A stretch of DNA of 64,000 nucleotides from a bacterium (GTDB lineage: Bacteria > Hydrothermota > DG-26 > JAUXAN01), in NCBI GenBank assembly GCA_030619885.1, contig JAUXAN010000003.1, forward strand, positions 21,958-85,957, in the 5' to 3' direction. The notes beneath the pieces are model-generated. The model was not told the DNA's origin, searched no databases, and worked only from the letters and a program-made list of their open reading frames with translations. Position numbers and translations under genes: made by a program. This document shows positions 58,851 through 64,000 of this stretch, one piece after another (position 1 is the first letter of the stretch; each line of letters begins with the position of its first letter).

Positions 58851-59993
58851 GTGAAAATGAATTTCTACAAGAAGATTCAGGTTCTGGGAGGATCGGCAAA
58901 GTATGACCTTTGCGGTTCTTATCTATGTACAAGCCCTCCCCGGAAGCGAGACCCGTTAGGGCGGTGGATTTATCCGGCCGTCCTTCCTGAAGGCAAAACC
59001 ATCCTTCTTCTTAAGATTCTCCTTTCAAATGCCTGCGAGAACGACTGCAAGTATTGTCTCAACCGGTGCAGCAGAGACTTTCACCGAATGGGTTATCAAC
59101 CGGATGGCCTTGCTAAACTTTTCATTAACCTCTTCTCTCATTGCAAGGTTCAGGGGCTTTTTCTGAGTTCTGCAGTTTGCACGAGTGTTGCATCAACTAT
59201 GGAAAAGATGATAAAAACAGTGGAAATATTGAGATTTAAATATAGATTTAAAGGTTATATTCATCTCAAAATACTACCCGGTGCTGGTTTTGACTATATA
59301 AAACGGGCTGTTCAACTATCGGATAGAGTATCGGTTAATCTTGAAGCACCAAGTAGAGATAGGCTCAAAAGTATAGCAAGTGACAAGAACCTCGATAAAG
59401 ATATTCTCTTACCGTTGAAATGGATTAAGGTCTTGAGGTCTGAAAAAACCGGGGCTCCCGCTGGGCATACTACCCAGTTTGTCGTAGGTGCATCAGGTGA
59501 ATCTGATAAAGAAATCCTGAAGACTACATCCATGCTCTATTCCGAATTTGACCTTACACGTGCCTACTTCAGCAGTTTCCAACCTGTGCCTGGAACCCCA
59601 CTTGAAAACCATCCTCCAACCCCCCTTCTTCGTGAACATAGACTCTACCAGTCTGATTTTCTCCTTCGAAAATATAACTTCAAATTTGAAGAGATAATCT
59701 TTGATAGTTCTAAAAACTTGCCTCTCTCACGAGACCCAAAGCAGATATGGTCACTCACTCACCCAGAACGATTTCCTGTCGAGGTGAACACAGCCACTAA
59801 ACAACAGCTGTTAAGAGTGCCTGGTATTGGCCCCAAGTCTGCAGAACGGATAGTGAGAATGCGAGGGAGGAATAATTTTTATACATTAGAAGAATTAAGA
59901 GGAGTTGGAGTTGTAGTGAAATGGGTGCGTCCATTTATACTAATAAATGGTAAAAAGCAGAGTGGAGGATTTCAATGCAGACTTTTCCCTTAA
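58851..59993 (+). CDS. Putative DNA modification/repair radical SAM protein (TIGR03916-like) with HhH
   Basis: AKYD, CENDCKYC, GLFLSS, YIHLK, REHRLYQ, LLRVPGIG. Confidence 0.85.
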   Translation: MKMNFYKKIQVLGGSAKYDLCGSYLCTSPPRKRDPLGRWIYPAVLPEGKTILLLKILLSNACENDCKYCLNRCSRDFHRMGYQPDGLAKLFINLFSHCKVQGLFLSSAVCTSVASTMEKMIKTVEILRFKYRFKGYIHLKILPGAGFDYIKRAVQLSDRVSVNLEAPSRDRLKSIASDKNLDKDILLPLKWIKVLRSEKTGAPAGHTTQFVVGASGESDKEILKTTSMLYSEFDLTRAYFSSFQPVPGTPLENHPPTPLLREHRLYQSDFLLRKYNFKFEEIIFDSSKNLPLSRDPKQIWSLTHPERFPVEVNTATKQQLLRVPGIGPKSAERIVRMRGRNNFYTLEELRGVGVVVKWVRPFILINGKKQSGGFQCRLFP

Positions 59994-59996
59994 TCT

Positions 59997-60113
59997 ATAA
60001 TGACAGTATAAACGCTATTTGAAAAAGATTTTTGACAAATTTCTGGCTTTATGGCATATTCAACCTGATTACTCGTGTAATTCGTGAAATTCGTGGGTTC
60101 TTTTTTCTTGACA
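59997..60113 (+). repeat. 117-bp dispersed repeat / tRNA-Val promoter region
   Basis: Copy of 31974-32090; ends in TTGACA 30 nt before the tRNA. Confidence 0.9.
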
Positions 60114-60143
60114 AATTTATTCTGTTTTTCTATTATTTATTAA

Positions 60144-60216
60144 GGGCGAATAGCTCAGTGGTGAGAGCGCCTGCCTTACAAGCAGGAGGCCGTCCGTTCA
60201 AATCGGATTTCGCCCA
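60144..60216 (+). tRNA. tRNA-Val(TAC), CCA not encoded
   Basis: GGGCGAA/TTCGCCC acceptor stem, TAGCTCAG, CCTGC-CTTACAA-GCAGG, GTTCAAATC. Confidence 0.95.
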
Positions 60217-60246
60217 TATTGTATTAGTTAAATTTAAGGAGGGACA

Positions 60247-60753
60247 GTGGTAGGAAGACGAAGGTACTATACAAGAAGGGGGATTAAACCTCATCTCCAG
60301 GACCCATATCTTTTGAGATACTCCTATAAAGAACCAACCGTATGTCCAGAATGTAACTTGATATTTCATGATGGAAGATGGTATTGGGATTCTTCAAAAC
60401 TCAATGAATTAAAAAAGATGACTGTGCACTATCAGAAGTGCCCAGCATGTAGAAAAATCGAAGACCGCTATCCGATGGGAATAGTTCATCTCAAAGGTGA
60501 ATTTTTGAAAAATCACATAGAGGATATGACTCATCTCATAAAGAACGAAGAAAAGAGAGGGCTTGAGAAAAATCCTTTGGAACGCATAATAAAAATTACT
60601 AACAAAAGCGATGAAGAGATAATCGTGGAGACAACAACTGAGAGTCTTTCACTCCGCATCGGAAGGGTAGTAAAACGCGCTTTCAGCGGAGAGATAGAAT
60701 ATAAATTTAGTGATGGAGTAAAACTCATCAGGATAGAATGGTTCAGGGATTAA
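60247..60753 (+). CDS. BCAM0308-like Zn-binding protein
   Basis: DPY, CPECN..GRW.W, CPACRKI..YP.G, NPLERI. Confidence 0.7.
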   Translation: MVGRRRYYTRRGIKPHLQDPYLLRYSYKEPTVCPECNLIFHDGRWYWDSSKLNELKKMTVHYQKCPACRKIEDRYPMGIVHLKGEFLKNHIEDMTHLIKNEEKRGLEKNPLERIIKITNKSDEEIIVETTTESLSLRIGRVVKRAFSGEIEYKFSDGVKLIRIEWFRD

Positions 60754-60942
60754 TGAAAAAACACTTGACAAATAAAAATTTTTTTATATTATCTCTATCT
60801 GCAATTTAAATGAAATTGCCTTTTGAAAGAAGGTGGAAGGAGGAATTAATAGGAATTGCAAATATAAACATTAAAATTGAACCCGCGGTATATATCCATA
60901 CTAATACTCGCGGTCATCCAAATGGCAAAGGAGGGATAGCCT

Positions 60943-61230
60943 ATGAAGTTCAAACCCTTGTCAGATAGAATACTTGTCAAGAGGCTTAAAGAGGAAGAGG
61001 AGAAGAAAGGTGGTATAATAATACCTGATACAGCAAAAGAAAAACCGCAGCGTGGCGAGGTGATTGAAGTCGGACCAGGAAGATTGGACGAAAAAGGAAA
61101 AAGAGTGCCCATGGAAGTTAAAAAAGGAGATAAGATAGTCTTTTCTAAGTATTCCGGGACAGATATCAAAATGAGAAATGAGGAATATCTGATAATAAGA
61201 GAAGATGATATCCTTGGAATAATTTTATGA
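60943..61230 (+). CDS. groES: Co-chaperonin GroES
   Basis: [23 protein letters not shown]. Confidence 0.97.
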   Translation: MKFKPLSDRILVKRLKEEEEKKGGIIIPDTAKEKPQRGEVIEVGPGRLDEKGKRVPMEVKKGDKIVFSKYSGTDIKMRNEEYLIIREDDILGIIL

Positions 61231-61240
61231 GGGAGGATGA

Positions 61241-62875
<1,635 letters not shown>

Positions 62876-62877
62876 AA

Positions 62878-62906
62878 TGGGAGGGGAATACTCCCCTCTC
62901 ATTTTT
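62878..62906. terminator. Hairpin between convergent groEL and tatA
   Basis: TGGGAGGGGA-ATAC-TCCCCTCTCA followed by TTTTT. Confidence 0.65.
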
Positions 62907-63060
62907 CATCCTCGTCTTTATCCATTCCTCGCATCCCCTCTTTGAATTCTCTTATACCCTTTCCTATGGCCCTTCCTACCTCAGGAAGTCTCTTTGCACC
63001 AAAGAGAAGAAGTGCAAGGAGAAGAATGAGTAATATCTCCTGCCATCCTATAGAACCCAT
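62899..63060 (-). CDS. tatA: Twin-arginine translocase TatA (start moved to MGSIG)
   Basis: IGWQEILLI..LLFGAKRLPEVGRAIGKGIREFK; AAGGAGG SD. Confidence 0.93.
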   Translation of the reverse strand: MGSIGWQEILLILLLALLLFGAKRLPEVGRAIGKGIREFKEGMRGMDKDEDEK

Positions 63061-63199
63061 ATCTACCTCCTTGATATGGATGATATAAAAGATAAATTTC
63101 CTGTCAATACAAAAGAAACCACCCATATCCCTCTGATTTGTGAGTATAAACGAACTTCAGATAAATTCTACATAATTAATTTCTATTTTTCTCATGAAA

Positions 63200-64000
63200 T
63201 TATTTCTTCTTCTGTGCTTTTTCGATCTTTGCCCATGTATCACGCAACGGTACTGTCCGATTGAATACGAGTACACCCTTAGATGAATCAGTATCGACGC
63301 AGAAATAGCCCTGTCTCTCGAACTGGTATCGGCTGCCTGGTTTCGCGTCTTTAAGATTTGGCTCAACACGACATTCTGTCAATGTCTCCAAAGAATTTGG
63401 ATTCAGATTCGATTTAAAATCAGCACCTTCCTCGACGTCGTCCGGATTTGCCTTGACAAAGAGACGATCGTACAAACGCACCTCGGCCTTGAGGGCATGG
63501 GCAGCTGAAACCCAGTGCAATGTGCTCTTGACCTTGCGTCCGTCTGGGGAGTCACCACCCCGTGTCTTCGGATCATAGGTACAGTGTAGTTTCACCACCT
63601 TACCAGCTTCATCCTTCACTACATTCACACATTTAATAAAATACGCATATCGTAGCCTTACCTCACGACCCGGTGCCAAACGGAAGTACTTTTTCGGCGG
63701 TTCTTCACGAAAATCCTCTTGTTCAATGTACAGCACGCGTGAAAAAGGAACCTTTCGTGTCCCCATAATGGGATCCTCTGGATTGTTCACAGCATCTAAC
63801 TCTTCCACCTCGTTTTCTGGATAGTTATCTATGACCACCCGAAGAGGACGCAATACCCCCATCACACGCGGCGCTCGTTTATTTAAATCTTCGCGAAGGC
63901 AGTGCTCAAGCAGTGCTATATCGACAAGGCTATTACTTTTAGACACTCCGATGCGTTCACAGAAGTTTCGAATTGCCTCTGGTGTGTAACCAAGTCTCCG
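63200..64000 (-). CDS. glnS: Glutamine--tRNA ligase, C-terminal part (truncated by window end)
   Basis: [34 protein letters not shown]. Confidence 0.95.
   Translation of the reverse strand, partial: RRLGYTPEAIRNFCERIGVSKSNSLVDIALLEHCLREDLNKRAPRVMGVLRPLRVVIDNYPENEVEELDAVNNPEDPIMGTRKVPFSRVLYIEQEDFREEPPKKYFRLAPGREVRLRYAYFIKCVNVVKDEAGKVVKLHCTYDPKTRGGDSPDGRKVKSTLHWVSAAHALKAEVRLYDRLFVKANPDDVEEGADFKSNLNPNSLETLTECRVEPNLKDAKPGSRYQFERQGYFCVDTDSSKGVLVFNRTVPLRDTWAKIEKAQKKK

Noticed and set aside
60032-60369. ORFs overlapping tRNA-Val
   Set aside because: Shadow ORFs over the tRNA and repeat.
60801-60819. GCAATTT-N5-AAATTGC dyad in the groES leader
   Set aside because: Short, AT-rich and single-copy; could be chance.
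60901-60930. CIRCE element upstream of groES
   Set aside because: CTAATACTC-N9-CAAATGGCA matches TTAGCACTC-N9-GAGTGCTAA poorly, especially the right arm.

Overview
Chromosomal window from an AT-rich diderm bacterium, probably an FCB-related candidate lineage (inferred from the fused lpxC-fabZ and a C25 gingipain-like protease with an FlgD-Ig/T9SS-type C-terminus). Most of it is housekeeping: hisS end, nth, lpxD/lpxC-fabZ/lpxA, two pilT, neuB-like, hslV, tilS, rluD, rpe, trxB, rsmA, ftsEX, ktrAB, lgt, mreBCD-mrdA-rodA, hypE, ECF sigma/anti-sigma, mlaDEF, dnaB, UDG, coaBC, groES/EL, tatA, glnS end, tRNA-Ser and tRNA-Val. The best candidate for an undescribed system is a roughly 6 kb, tightly packed operon at 945-7043 that begins inside a broken radC remnant. 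It encodes a MORC/GHKL ATPase, a cryptic SAM-methyltransferase-like protein, a B12-domain radical SAM, an SPL-like radical SAM, a TcmP-family methyltransferase-like protein and a small Zn ribbon. I infer a DNA-modification/anti-phage system; this is untested. The intergenic DNA is also rich in REP-like palindromes and 9-nt-period repeats. Many abut sigma70 -35 boxes, one palindrome sits in frame inside a CDS, and some bracket small gene cassettes. A truncated RAYT-like transposase is present. All calls come from reading motifs by eye; no database searches were run.
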